DNA of 63,549 nt, counting the filler, from Babesia bigemina (taxonomy: Eukaryota), in NCBI RefSeq assembly GCF_000981445.1. It is 6 parts of 6 records of this genome, joined end to end, with 100 filler letters (N's around TTAATTAATTAA, not from the genome) between each part and the next. Parts side by side here need not be neighbours in the genome. Positions count along the whole stretch, not along the records: positions 22,281 to 48,714 come from NW_012237321.1; positions 48,815 to 57,209 come from NW_012237322.1; positions 57,310 to 60,587 come from NW_012237323.1; 3 more parts are not named here. One strand, written 5' to 3'. Shown here one piece after another: positions 48,300-57,833 of the stretch; position 1 is the stretch's first letter, and each line of letters begins with the position of its first letter. Position numbers and translations under genes: made by a program. The notes beneath the pieces were generated by a model. The model worked only from the letters and a program-made list of their open reading frames with translations, was not told the origin of the DNA and ran no database searches.

Positions 48300-48714
48300 A
48301 TGAGTGGACTGTTGGACTGTAAGTGTAACAAAAGCTGTACGGAGCGTGACTGTTATTGCTGTTACGTGTCTTGTGCAGGATGCACTAGAACGAGGTGTTA
48401 TTTCTGTATGAAGTTCTATCGAGAGCGCAGTGGGGGAGGAGGGAATTGCCATCCCGATGGATGTCAAGAGTGTAAGAAACGCACGTGTTCATGTTATTGT
48501 GGTCTCAAAAGAGGATCAACTGCTTCCAGTTCTGTTTCGTCCAACAGTCTACAGCGTGCCGGTTTTTCCTCTACTTCCTCCCATGCCGCCTCTCTTCCCC
48601 GTGTAGAGCAGCACAGCTCCGGTCGAGAGCTTTCAGCCAGCTCCCCTAATTCATCATCCCCCGCCGTCATCCCTTACATCATCGTCCCCGTCACCCTCGT
48701 CATTGTCGTCATCT
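48300..48714 (+). CDS. Small Cys-rich, Ser-stalk, single-TM protein (copy 1), truncated by gap
   Basis: MSGLLDCKCNKSC..CYCC...CSCYC, Ser-rich linker, hydrophobic PAVIPYIIVPVTLVIVVI running into Ns; same architecture and context as 55531-56097. Confidence 0.75.
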
Positions 48715-48814
48715 NNNNNNNNNNNNNNNNNNNNNNNNNNNNNNNNNNNNNNNNNNNNTTAATTAATTAANNNNNNNNNNNNNNNNNNNNNNNNNNNNNN
48801 NNNNNNNNNNNNNN
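48715..48814. other. Scaffold gap with artificial linker
   Basis: N44-TTAATTAATTAA-N44. Confidence 0.97.
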
Positions 48815-51800
48815 TGCACCGGCCTCGAAACCTTCCTCGGCTTCAACTCTGCTTCCAAAGGCTACGACGGCTCTGGCATTGTGTACTCCGACCTGGATAG
48901 GCTGTGTGACGGGGTGATGGGATTTTTGTATCAGGTGCTTAAGGATGTCAGCGAGAAACAGCCTTATCAAGTGGGTAAAGAAACGTATTTAAAAAAGGTT
49001 CTTGGTGAAATAAGTGAACAATTATATCGAGGCAATAGCGGATTTAATATTGCGCTTCCCAAGATGCTTAGCAGGATTGGCAAGTATAATGCTGACGTGC
49101 AACAGCACAATGACAGCGTTAAAAAACCTACAGAGACATTTTTGAGACGCTTAAAAAATGATTTCCCAAAGGAAATTAAGAGAATTCCAACTGACGAAAA
49201 CCTCAAAGAAATGAGTTCACATACTGTCGAGAATGCAGTGGCTCCTACCAGGGAGCTGTCCGGCAAGTATATTCAGTATGGTAACGATTTTGACAGGGCT
49301 CTTCAAAAAGCGAAAAAGGAGATCAGCAATCTCAATTCGCAATGTAAGAACAATGTAACAACGGCGCAAAAACAGGTGAAGTATGTGACTGAGAGGCTTG
49401 CGGCTTTGTCGACCAAGGAAGAGAGTGATTTGAAAGCTGTCGAAAATGAGATTACAGAGACACTGAATTCGCTTAAAGACGGTGTAAATGTGAGAGTAAA
49501 CAGAGATGTCAGTGAACTCGTTAAGCTTTTAAAAGATAAGGTATCGGCGATTTGGAAATTGCTGGAGGAAATTGATAAGAAGCTCTATGAGTATGTCGAC
49601 GCACTGCAAAAATGGATTGATAAGGCGGATAAAGATGTAAATCAGGCCATAAGTAAAGCGGACGGAATCGAACAAAAACTGCCTGGAGGCAAAAATCGTG
49701 ATGAACTCAATAGAATTTCAAGCGAGTTGAAAAAAAGGAGCGATGTGATCTGGGAGTACATTGGGGGTATGAAAAACCAAATTGAGGAAAACGTGAAAGC
49801 AGCGCTTAATGCCGTGAAGGATATGGACGGCAAGCTGAAAGAGGATTTGTATGAAGTGAGGGAAGCAATTAAAAATGATATGGATCTAATTAATAATAAG
49901 GTGAAAGAATTGGGTAAGCGTTTTACCGGCATAGAAGACGGCAATCAGAATAAAATCGCGGAGATTGTGAAACACATTAAAACAAAGGTTGGGAGTATCA
50001 CGGGGCATGATAGAAGCAATACAGGTATCCAACAGATTGTTAGTGGCGCTTTCAAGTATTCCGGTGGTTTCGGTCAAGGTACAATGTTCTATGGTACTGT
50101 TAGTAATTGGGTAGACAACATAGTGGCTCAAAATGGTCTTGTAAAAAAAAGGATTGATGAGTACTTTGTCAAGAATGAAGATAAATTAATAAAAAGCTAT
50201 AAGAATCAACGCGGCAAAGAGGCTGTTAAGCAAGCAATCAAAGACGAGCTCATGTTGGCGCTTACCACCGAGATAGATGAAGCCCACAAATCGATCAGAG
50301 TGCAAAGAGATGGCAAGGTATCAAACAATGTCGAGTATGTGAAACAGGTGTGTAATGCATTTGCTGCTAACGTTGAGAGAAGGTTTTCGGGACTGAATGA
50401 TCAAATGTACACCCTTATAAATAATATAACGGCTAAAGTGGAGAGCGGAGTGAGGGAAAGTCGCGAGCTCACCGACAATTACTACCTTAAGCGTGCTATT
50501 GAATCGACTTCATCTGCGCTATTATCGAAAGCAAGACAATCTGCTAGCGAAATTGACTCATTCGCTCTCCTGGCAACTAGGGTCGGCGACGGAATCCACA
50601 AAACCAGCATCGCTGCGGAGATAGATAGACTCTACGGTGCGGCCAATGAGCTTGACGGTGCTTTAAAAACGGCCATTAATGATCGAACTACTAGCACCAA
50701 ACCGGCCGAAGACGTTGACAAAGCCATCGCCCAGGTAATGAAAACGCTTGATAAGCAGCTACCAGAAACTCTAAATGGTAATAAAGTTAATCTTCAAGAG
50801 ACAAGTGAGGCAGTATTTCAGAGATATAAGTTGCAAGTCTCCCAATCAGCAGAAAGCCTGGCTGTCGCAGAACGCGATGCTGAAAAACTTGAAGGCACTC
50901 TCCCCGCTGCGATCAAGAAAATCCGTGACGACGCCTCTGGATATAACGTTACTGTTACCAAAGAAGATCTCTCAAAATGGTCGGGCGAAATCACATCTAA
51001 TCTGAACTCCCTAATGTCCGAATTCTCTGAAGTTGGCAAGGTCCTAAAGCAGCAGTTGACTAAGCTGAAGACATATATTGGCATGAATCATAATAAAAGC
51101 GCAGCTGACGATACGCTTCAGAAAATTAAGGACAACCTTGATAGCCTGCGAAGAGTCCAGCTGAAAGAGGCCCGTAAGTTCGCAGAGCAGTTTCTCACCT
51201 ACGCCCAGGAATTAAGTGTAAAGTATGTCAAACGAATTCAGGAGCACATAGCTGAGCAAACAACATGCGCTATCACCACGCTAAACACGGATGCCCGCAA
51301 ACACTACATCTCCACCATCCGCGAACTGCTGACCGATTATGCCCAAAAGGTTCAGAGCGAGTTGAGCAAGTTGCCCGAAGAGATTGACGACGACCTGAGA
51401 AGGGGCTACAAAGGCTTCGTGAAAAAGATCGAAACGCATCTCCTGCCGGGACTCACCATACCGCCAAACACCCCGCTCAAGGACGCCGCGTCTACCCTCA
51501 AGGCCAAGCTCACCGCTTTCATGGAACAACTGCAACAGCAAGCGGATTTCAAGAAATCATTCGAGACCGTCAGACCGTCCCACACTGCGCTTCTCCAGTT
51601 ACTTCAGCAGCTTAGCGAGTCCAAGCACTTCGGCCACCTCGTCCCTCCCAGGGTCAATGCTCTGCTCGATAGGCTCGGTGAGCTGTCGCCTAACAAGTAC
51701 AAGGAGGAGGCACAACCCATGCTAGACACGCTTAAAGCGGGGTACGGAGCGTTTGCTGAGGAACTAGGTAAAGCCTACGTCTCCGTCTACGACGGCGCTC

Positions 51801-53995
51801 GCAATATCAACTGGGATCAAGCAAACAACCCGGAAACTACATACTGCGCCAAGATATTCTTGACCGCATTTGCCACAATTTACGATGCTGTGCACGACTT
51901 GAGAATAAATTGCAATAGTCTGAAGGGACACCAAATTCACTCGACCTCTGATCTTGGCAGGTTGTTCCTACGGCACGGCTTCAGAGTATCACACGGCGAC
52001 AAACAGCACTGGGAGCTGCAAAACAAGAGCGTCATAAACGGTGAATACGTCGCCAACAGAATCAGTTTTAGGGTTGACGCCGCGAAAGACAACGAGCATC
52101 TTAAAAAGTGTGAGTCGAATGAACGCAAGACGAACGTCCTCTTTAATCTTTTTGACATTCTCAAATGCCTTCTGCGTCACGTCGACCAGTACAACGCAGC
52201 GTGTCACATCGCTATACTCCCCAAACCTAGAACGCCATGTACCGTTTTCGAGATGCTGGTGTGGCTTTCAGGGCTCACTTACACTTCCGCGTACCAGGCG
52301 CTGCTATCAGACGGGTTCACCAACGTGCTTGATAATCCGGATAAGCCGCTTGCTGGCGACGGAGAGATCACCGTATTTGACATCGAGCAGTCGTACCTGG
52401 AGGCGCACCCGCAGAAGATCACGTATAAGAACATACGGACGGTGTTGCAATACCTTTGCTCGAAATCGTACGATTTGCTTACCACCGTTGTTGGCCACGG
52501 CGACGCGGCGACATTCTACGCTTGCGACTATTCGAATAACACGCTGAATCTGTACTACCCGAGCTCCGGCGAAGATTGTTTGCAGATGTTGCTTGACTTC
52601 CTGCGCAGAATTCTGCAGCCGCTCAGGTATTTGTTTGAACGATGCAGTGTCGCAGACAAGAACTACGGATGGGCCGACTGCCACTACGGCAGGGACGTAC
52701 CTACGACCAAATCGCACTGCAACATCAAGCCAACGGACGATGTAACGTGCCTACCAAACTGTCAACCAAATTGCAAACCAAATTGTCAACCAACATCGCC
52801 ATTGATGAACTACCTAAGTGACTCTCTACTCGGCTACCTGCCACATAGATTGGAGTCTGTTGGATGCAAATCTAAATGCTCCACCTGCCCCTCCACATCC
52901 AGGCTGGGAATGCCGTGCGTCACACCGCTGGGTTTCAGGGCGTTCTCCGGGTCGACCAAAACAGGCCGTCAGCTATGTGAGATAATTCGCGAATTCTTAG
53001 GTAGTGGCGTGGTTTCATCATTGTTTGGCTTGTCACCAACTCCGCCGAAAACGCTGCCGGAGCATTTCAGTTTCGGGTTAAGCTTGGTTAATAAGTGGGT
53101 CAAAGTTGCATCTTATATTACTGATGCAGGTATAAAACCAGTATCACAAACTAAGATTGAAGCATCTATTCAGACGCTCTCCATTAAGCTCTGCACTGAC
53201 ACGGGTAAGCTTACCAATGTACTTCGTGACGCTTATGGCAGCAGTCAGCATGAGCACCAAGATCAAAATCATCTCGAAGTCTATGCCGATGTATCTAGCC
53301 TATGCATGACTAGAAGTTGCACCGACAGGGATATGCGCTGCGCTCCATACCTATCCACACTGTGTTCGGACACGTATCAATACCTTGTTCATAAGAACTT
53401 TGCCACGTACCTTACATGGGCTGTCTACCTGCCGTGGGATTTCTGGAATCAACTGAATAATTTGTGTAACGCATTCAAGAACATTTTCTGCCAAGACTGG
53501 GGATGCCATACGTGTCTGCGTGCTGAGAAATGTAAGCGTGGACAGCATGGCCTCGTCGAGAAAGTTGAGAATCAACCTGACAAGCCTCATTGCAATTGTC
53601 CATCGATGGTTCAGTGCAAGGGTGTATCCGCAACACTGTACCAGTTCGGTTTCTGTTTTGGTAACGCGGCGACATTAAATAACGAGGCATCGGCTAAGAA
53701 GTGTTCTGATTTCTGCTCTCAGCTGGACAAGGTGTTGAAATCGGAATATTTTGTTAAGCTGTTCAAAGAATGTGACATATTCATTTGGACTATCAGAGAA
53801 CCGTTCACCTACTTGGTTCTCGCGCTCTGGTCACTATCCCTCTTCTACCTCATCTGCGTCATGGTTGGCAGACTGGATGTGCTCCACATCCGCTCACACC
53901 TGAGATCACCATCATCGCACAGGATAACGGCGCAGTCATTGTTGGCTGCTGCGCAAGTCGGAAGGCTTGCCAAGATATCGTACCTTCAACCGTGA
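48815..53995 (+). CDS. ves1: ves G: VESA1a-like antigen, 5' end lost in gap; first in-frame ATG at 48917
   Basis: Open from the gap edge (CTGLETFLGFNSASKGYDGSGIVYSDLDRLC) to ...AQVGRLAKISYLQP. Confidence 0.87.
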   Translation, partial: CTGLETFLGFNSASKGYDGSGIVYSDLDRLCDGVMGFLYQVLKDVSEKQPYQVGKETYLKKVLGEISEQLYRGNSGFNIALPKMLSRIGKYNADVQQHNDSVKKPTETFLRRLKNDFPKEIKRIPTDENLKEMSSHTVENAVAPTRELSGKYIQYGNDFDRALQKAKKEISNLNSQCKNNVTTAQKQVKYVTERLAALSTKEESDLKAVENEITETLNSLKDGVNVRVNRDVSELVKLLKDKVSAIWKLLEEIDKKLYEYVDALQKWIDKADKDVNQAISKADGIEQKLPGGKNRDELNRISSELKKRSDVIWEYIGGMKNQIEENVKAALNAVKDMDGKLKEDLYEVREAIKNDMDLINNKVKELGKRFTGIEDGNQNKIAEIVKHIKTKVGSITGHDRSNTGIQQIVSGAFKYSGGFGQGTMFYGTVSNWVDNIVAQNGLVKKRIDEYFVKNEDKLIKSYKNQRGKEAVKQAIKDELMLALTTEIDEAHKSIRVQRDGKVSNNVEYVKQVCNAFAANVERRFSGLNDQMYTLINNITAKVESGVRESRELTDNYYLKRAIESTSSALLSKARQSASEIDSFALLATRVGDGIHKTSIAAEIDRLYGAANELDGALKTAINDRTTSTKPAEDVDKAIAQVMKTLDKQLPETLNGNKVNLQETSEAVFQRYKLQVSQSAESLAVAERDAEKLEGTLPAAIKKIRDDASGYNVTVTKEDLSKWSGEITSNLNSLMSEFSEVGKVLKQQLTKLKTYIGMNHNKSAADDTLQKIKDNLDSLRRVQLKEARKFAEQFLTYAQELSVKYVKRIQEHIAEQTTCAITTLNTDARKHYISTIRELLTDYAQKVQSELSKLPEEIDDDLRRGYKGFVKKIETHLLPGLTIPPNTPLKDAASTLKAKLTAFMEQLQQQADFKKSFETVRPSHTALLQLLQQLSESKHFGHLVPPRVNALLDRLGELSPNKYKEEAQPMLDTLKAGYGAFAEELGKAYVSVYDGARNINWDQANNPETTYCAKIFLTAFATIYDAVHDLRINCNSLKGHQIHSTSDLGRLFLRHGFRVSHGDKQHWELQNKSVINGEYVANRISFRVDAAKDNEHLKKCESNERKTNVLFNLFDILKCLLRHVDQYNAACHIAILPKPRTPCTVFEMLVWLSGLTYTSAYQALLSDGFTNVLDNPDKPLAGDGEITVFDIEQSYLEAHPQKITYKNIRTVLQYLCSKSYDLLTTVVGHGDAATFYACDYSNNTLNLYYPSSGEDCLQMLLDFLRRILQPLRYLFERCSVADKNYGWADCHYGRDVPTTKSHCNIKPTDDVTCLPNCQPNCKPNCQPTSPLMNYLSDSLLGYLPHRLESVGCKSKCSTCPSTSRLGMPCVTPLGFRAFSGSTKTGRQLCEIIREFLGSGVVSSLFGLSPTPPKTLPEHFSFGLSLVNKWVKVASYITDAGIKPVSQTKIEASIQTLSIKLCTDTGKLTNVLRDAYGSSQHEHQDQNHLEVYADVSSLCMTRSCTDRDMRCAPYLSTLCSDTYQYLVHKNFATYLTWAVYLPWDFWNQLNNLCNAFKNIFCQDWGCHTCLRAEKCKRGQHGLVEKVENQPDKPHCNCPSMVQCKGVSATLYQFGFCFGNAATLNNEASAKKCSDFCSQLDKVLKSEYFVKLFKECDIFIWTIREPFTYLVLALWSLSLFYLICVMVGRLDVLHIRSHLRSPSSHRITAQSLLAAAQVGRLAKISYLQP

Positions 53996-54142
53996 TCATC
54001 GTCACATTTGTAATTCACGTAACTACTCACTTAGCGAATCACCTACTCACCTAAATAACAAACGTAGTCTAATGTCTCGAATTACTCTAGCGGCAACCTG
54101 TGAACTAAATAGCACCAAGATTAGGTGATGAGTGAACGACAA

Positions 54143-54330
54143 TCCAACGTGCTAACCTAGCAACCAGGCAAAGTGGTAAGCTGGCAACCAGGCAAAGTGG
54201 TAAGCTAGCACCCAGGCAAAGTGTTGACCTAGCACGCAGGCTAAGTGCTAAGCTGGCACTCAGGCAACGTGTTAACCTAGAATCCAGGCAAAGTGCTAAG
54301 CAAGCACCCAGGAAAAGTGCTAAGCTGGCG
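54143..54330 (+). repeat. 24-bp tandem repeat, ~8 units
   Basis: Same unit as 46700-47030. Confidence 0.9.
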
Positions 54331-54331
54331 G

Positions 54332-54840
54332 ATGAACCGTAATTTGGTGGGTGTTGTAGCACGTTGATTGCCTGGTGCGTTGAGTTGTGCGTAGACTGTG
54401 AGAGGCGTCTGCGTTGCCCATTGAGTCAGTGTCACGTGAGGTTAGGTGATTGGTCACTAACGTAGGCGGTCGTGAGGGCCGCGGCGGGTGACCCAAGTCG
54501 TGTGTTGCGAGTCACCGGCAGGGTGGCGTAATCGGCGTTGGCCTGGTTGAGTAGCATATATAGGCAGCGATGTAGCGATTGTTAGTATCACATTTAGGCA
54601 CGTAGCCGACACGCTCCGCCAGCATGGCGCCGATACCGCGGCTCGTAGCACGGTGCTGCTGCACTGTGGGAGTTGAGCGCACAGGGTTTGCTGCAATATG
54701 TATGGCGTTGCGAATAGTGAATAATTTAGAGTGACAGTTTGAGCTGATCACATGCGTCGCGTCAGTCGCAGCTGTGGTATCCTGGGCAGCGTGGGTGTCG
54801 GTGGCCTGGGCTGGGGGGACACAGGGATGAGGGTGAGTGT
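54332..54840 (+). promoter_or_regulatory. Conserved ~500-bp non-repetitive element (copy 2)
   Basis: Collinear high similarity to 47035-47525. Function is inferred. Confidence 0.45.
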
Positions 54841-54842
54841 TG

Positions 54843-55525
54843 AAGAGGGGACTGGGCGCGGCAGTGGTACGTGTTGTAGTTGGTGAGTGCTTGCATAGGT
54901 GATTGATGTTTGCAGGTTGAGGGGACTGGGAGCGGCAGTGGTACGTGTTGTAGTTGGTGAGTGCTTGCATAGGTGATTGATGTTTGCAGGTTGAGGGGAC
55001 TGGGAGCGGCAGTGGTAGTGTTGCAGTTGGTGAGTGCTTTGCTAGGTGATTGATATGTTCGCAGGTTGAGGGGACTGGAGCGGCAGTGGTAGTGTTGCAG
55101 TTGGTGAGTGCTTTGCTAGGTGATTGATATGATGCAGGTTGAGGGGACTGGGAGCGGCAGTGGTAGTGTTGCAGTTGGTGAGTGCTGCTGGAGTGATTGA
55201 TATGTTCGCAGGCTGAGGGGACTGGAGCGGCAGTGGTACGTGTTGCAGTTGGTGAGTGCTTTGCTAGGTGATTGATATGATGCAGGTTGAGGGGACTGGG
55301 AGCGGCAGTGGTAGTGTTGCAGTTGGTGAGTGCTGCTGGAGTGATTGATATGTTCGCAGTTGAGGGGAGTGGTAGCGGCAGTGGTAGTGTTGCAGTTGGT
55401 GAGTGCTTGCGTAGGTGATTGATATGTTTGCAGGCTGAGGGGAGTGGGCGCGGCAGTGGTAGTGTTGCAGTTGGTGAGTGCTGCTTGAGTGATTGATATG
55501 CTTGCAGTGTGAGGGGACTGGGAGG
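54843..55525 (+). repeat. ~74-bp tandem array, 9 units, each with a GTGAGT...GCAG micro-intron-like segment
   Basis: Same unit as 47528-48290; the last partial unit runs into GGGGAAG-ATG. Confidence 0.9.
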
Positions 55526-55530
55526 GGAAG

Positions 55531-56097
55531 ATGAGCTGGGGGACGTGTAGGTGTGGTAGGGGATGTCGAAGGTCTCAAGAGTGTTATTGTTGTTCGTGGT
55601 GCTGTGTGGAATGTAATAAGCCAGGTCTATCCAATTGCGAGGTATGTGCAGCACATCACTTTGTGCGCACTAGAGGGTCGAGGCCTTACGATTGCAAGAA
55701 TTTCGGTTGTGATGCCAAATGTGAAGGCAAAAAGAAGACATGTCAGTGTGAATGTACAATTTGTGAAAAGAAACGTGAAAGTGAAAAACATACTGTCTCG
55801 TCTTCCCTTTCTCCCACCAGTCCACAGCTTTCCCTTACTTCCTCCCATGGTGAGCCTCGAGCCGACAGTCAAGCGCTGTCGTCCGGTCCTCCCACTGATG
55901 ATAGTTCCAGCAGCGACTCTGATGCAGAAACTTCTCCCGGCCCTTCCATTTCCCCCGAAACCATCGCCGCCGTCATCGTTGCCATCATCGTCGCCATCAT
56001 CCTGCTCGACCTGTGCATCTTCCGCTTCCCGGTGAGCCGCAACATCCGCGATTTCCTCGTACGCAAGATACCCTTCTGCATCGCGTTCTACAGCTAA
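55531..56097 (+). CDS. Small Cys-rich, Ser/Pro-stalk, single-TM protein (copy 2), 188 aa
   Basis: MSWGTCRCGRGC...CYCCSWCCVEC...CQCECTIC, Ser-rich stalk, TM IAAVIVAIIVAIILLDLCIF, short tail RFPVSRNIRDFLVRKIPFCIAFYS; no signal peptide. Confidence 0.82.
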   Translation: MSWGTCRCGRGCRRSQECYCCSWCCVECNKPGLSNCEVCAAHHFVRTRGSRPYDCKNFGCDAKCEGKKKTCQCECTICEKKRESEKHTVSSSLSPTSPQLSLTSSHGEPRADSQALSSGPPTDDSSSSDSDAETSPGPSISPETIAAVIVAIIVAIILLDLCIFRFPVSRNIRDFLVRKIPFCIAFYS

Positions 56098-56233
56098 ACT
56101 CAGCAATTTATTGATGCAAACATCGTGATCCAAATCCCACTGATCACCTAACTGGCAACTGACATCTAATGTCTAGACAGTAACGATTGCGTTGATGGTA
56201 AATAACATGAGCAGTGAGGTGACCATGCACCCG

Positions 56234-57209
56234 ACCAAGTTGATGGTCACGGCAGCGATGACATGGTTACGGCAGCGATGACATGGTGGCTTAAGTGGTG
56301 ATTATCACCCACTCTACATCGCCCCTTTATCCACTCTACATCGCCCCTTTACCCACTCTACATCGCCCCTTTATCCACTCTACATCGCCCCTTTATCCAC
56401 TCCACATCGCCCCTTTAACCACTCTACATCGCTCCCTTATCCACTCCACATCGCCCCTTAACCCTCTCTACATCGCCCCTTTATCCACTCTACATCGCTC
56501 CTTTACCCACTCTACATCGCCCCTTAACCCACTCTGCATCGCTCCCTAACCCACTCTACATCGCTCCCTAACCCACTTCACATCGCCCCTTTACCCACTC
56601 TACATCGCCCCTTTACCCACTCTACATCGCCCCTTTACCCACTCTACATCGCCCCTTAACCCACTCTACATCGCTCCTTAACCCACTCCACATCGCTCCT
56701 TAACCCACTCTACATCGCTCCCTAACCCACTCTACATCGCCCCTTTATCCACTCTACATCGCTCCCTAACCCACCTTACATCGCTCCTTACTCCACTCTA
56801 CATCGCTCCCTTATCCACTCTACATCGCCCCTTAACCCACTCCACATCGCTCCCTAACCCACTCTACATCGCCCCTTTATCCACTCTACATCGCCCCTTT
56901 TTCCACTCTACATCGCCCCTTTATCCATTCTACATCGCTCCCAATCCACTCTACATCGCCCCTTTATCCACGCTACATCGCCCCTTAAACCACTCTACAT
57001 CGCTCCCTTACCCACTCTACATCGCCCCTTTAACCATTCCACATCGCCCCTTTATCCACTCTACATCGCCCCTTTATCCACTCTACATCGCTCCTCTATC
57101 CACTCCACATCGCTCCCTAACCCACTCTACATCGCCCCTTTATCCACCTTACATCGCTCCTTTATCCACTCTACATCGCCCCTTACCCCCTCTACATCGC
57201 CCCTTTAAC
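56234..57209 (+). repeat. Minimal 21-bp module followed by 22-bp satellite (C-rich on +, 56308-57209, ~41 units)
   Basis: GACCAAGTTGATGGTCACGGCAGCGATG, linker AAGTGGTGATTAT, then satellite to the gap. Confidence 0.9.
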
Positions 57210-57309
57210 NNNNNNNNNNNNNNNNNNNNNNNNNNNNNNNNNNNNNNNNNNNNTTAATTAATTAANNNNNNNNNNNNNNNNNNNNNNNNNNNNNNNNNNN
57301 NNNNNNNNN
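57210..57309. other. Scaffold gap with artificial linker
   Basis: N44-TTAATTAATTAA-N44. Confidence 0.97.
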
Positions 57310-57833
57310 ACATACACTGTATCTCTGCATCTCTGAATGTGTTATCAATCTTCATCTGCCTCTTTGAAGCAGACCTGCTCACTTATAGGCTACATCACCA
57401 GTCGCTACATATATTTAGTTCATGAAATGAATTAACTAATATATTAATATAATGTTGTGTTAATGATTTAAAAAGTATTTTCACGCTATTTGTTCTACTA
57501 CTCACCTCCCTATCCCACGCCCCCATCGCCGTGCTCACATCCGTAACGGCCTCACACAATCCGCCAGTTTTGTACATATTTTTTTTAATTGTTTCTATGG
57601 CCTTATTAAAATTGTTTTGTGGATGAATATCATAAGTTTTAACCGCTTCATCATCTTTCACCGCACCAAGCACACCACTCAAAAATCCCATCACCCCGTC
57701 ACACAGCCTGTCCAGGTCAGAGTACACAATCCCACTGCCGTCGTATCCTTTAGAGTCAGGGTTGAAGCCGAGGAAAGTCTGAAGGCCGGTGCAAAGATTA
57801 TCAAGGATGTTAGTAGGGTTGTTATTAGAGGTA
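57310..57833 (-). pseudogene. ves1: ves H: 5' fragment of a VESA1a-like gene between the gap and satellite
   Basis: TSNNNPTNILDNLCTGLQTFLGFNPDSKGYDGSGIVYSDLDRLCDGVMGFLSGVLGAVK; frame stops at 57395 close to the contig end. Confidence 0.8.

Noticed and set aside
9965..53995. Bacterial Ebh/adhesin identity or a transposable element for the large ORFs
   Set aside because: The helical coiled-coil regions are only compositionally similar; the conserved blocks and TM-tail match Babesia ves genes, and no transposase, reverse transcriptase or integrase motifs were seen.
10053..54054. Numerous short ORFs overlapping ves genes
   Set aside because: Alternative-frame or antisense shadows of the long ves frames.
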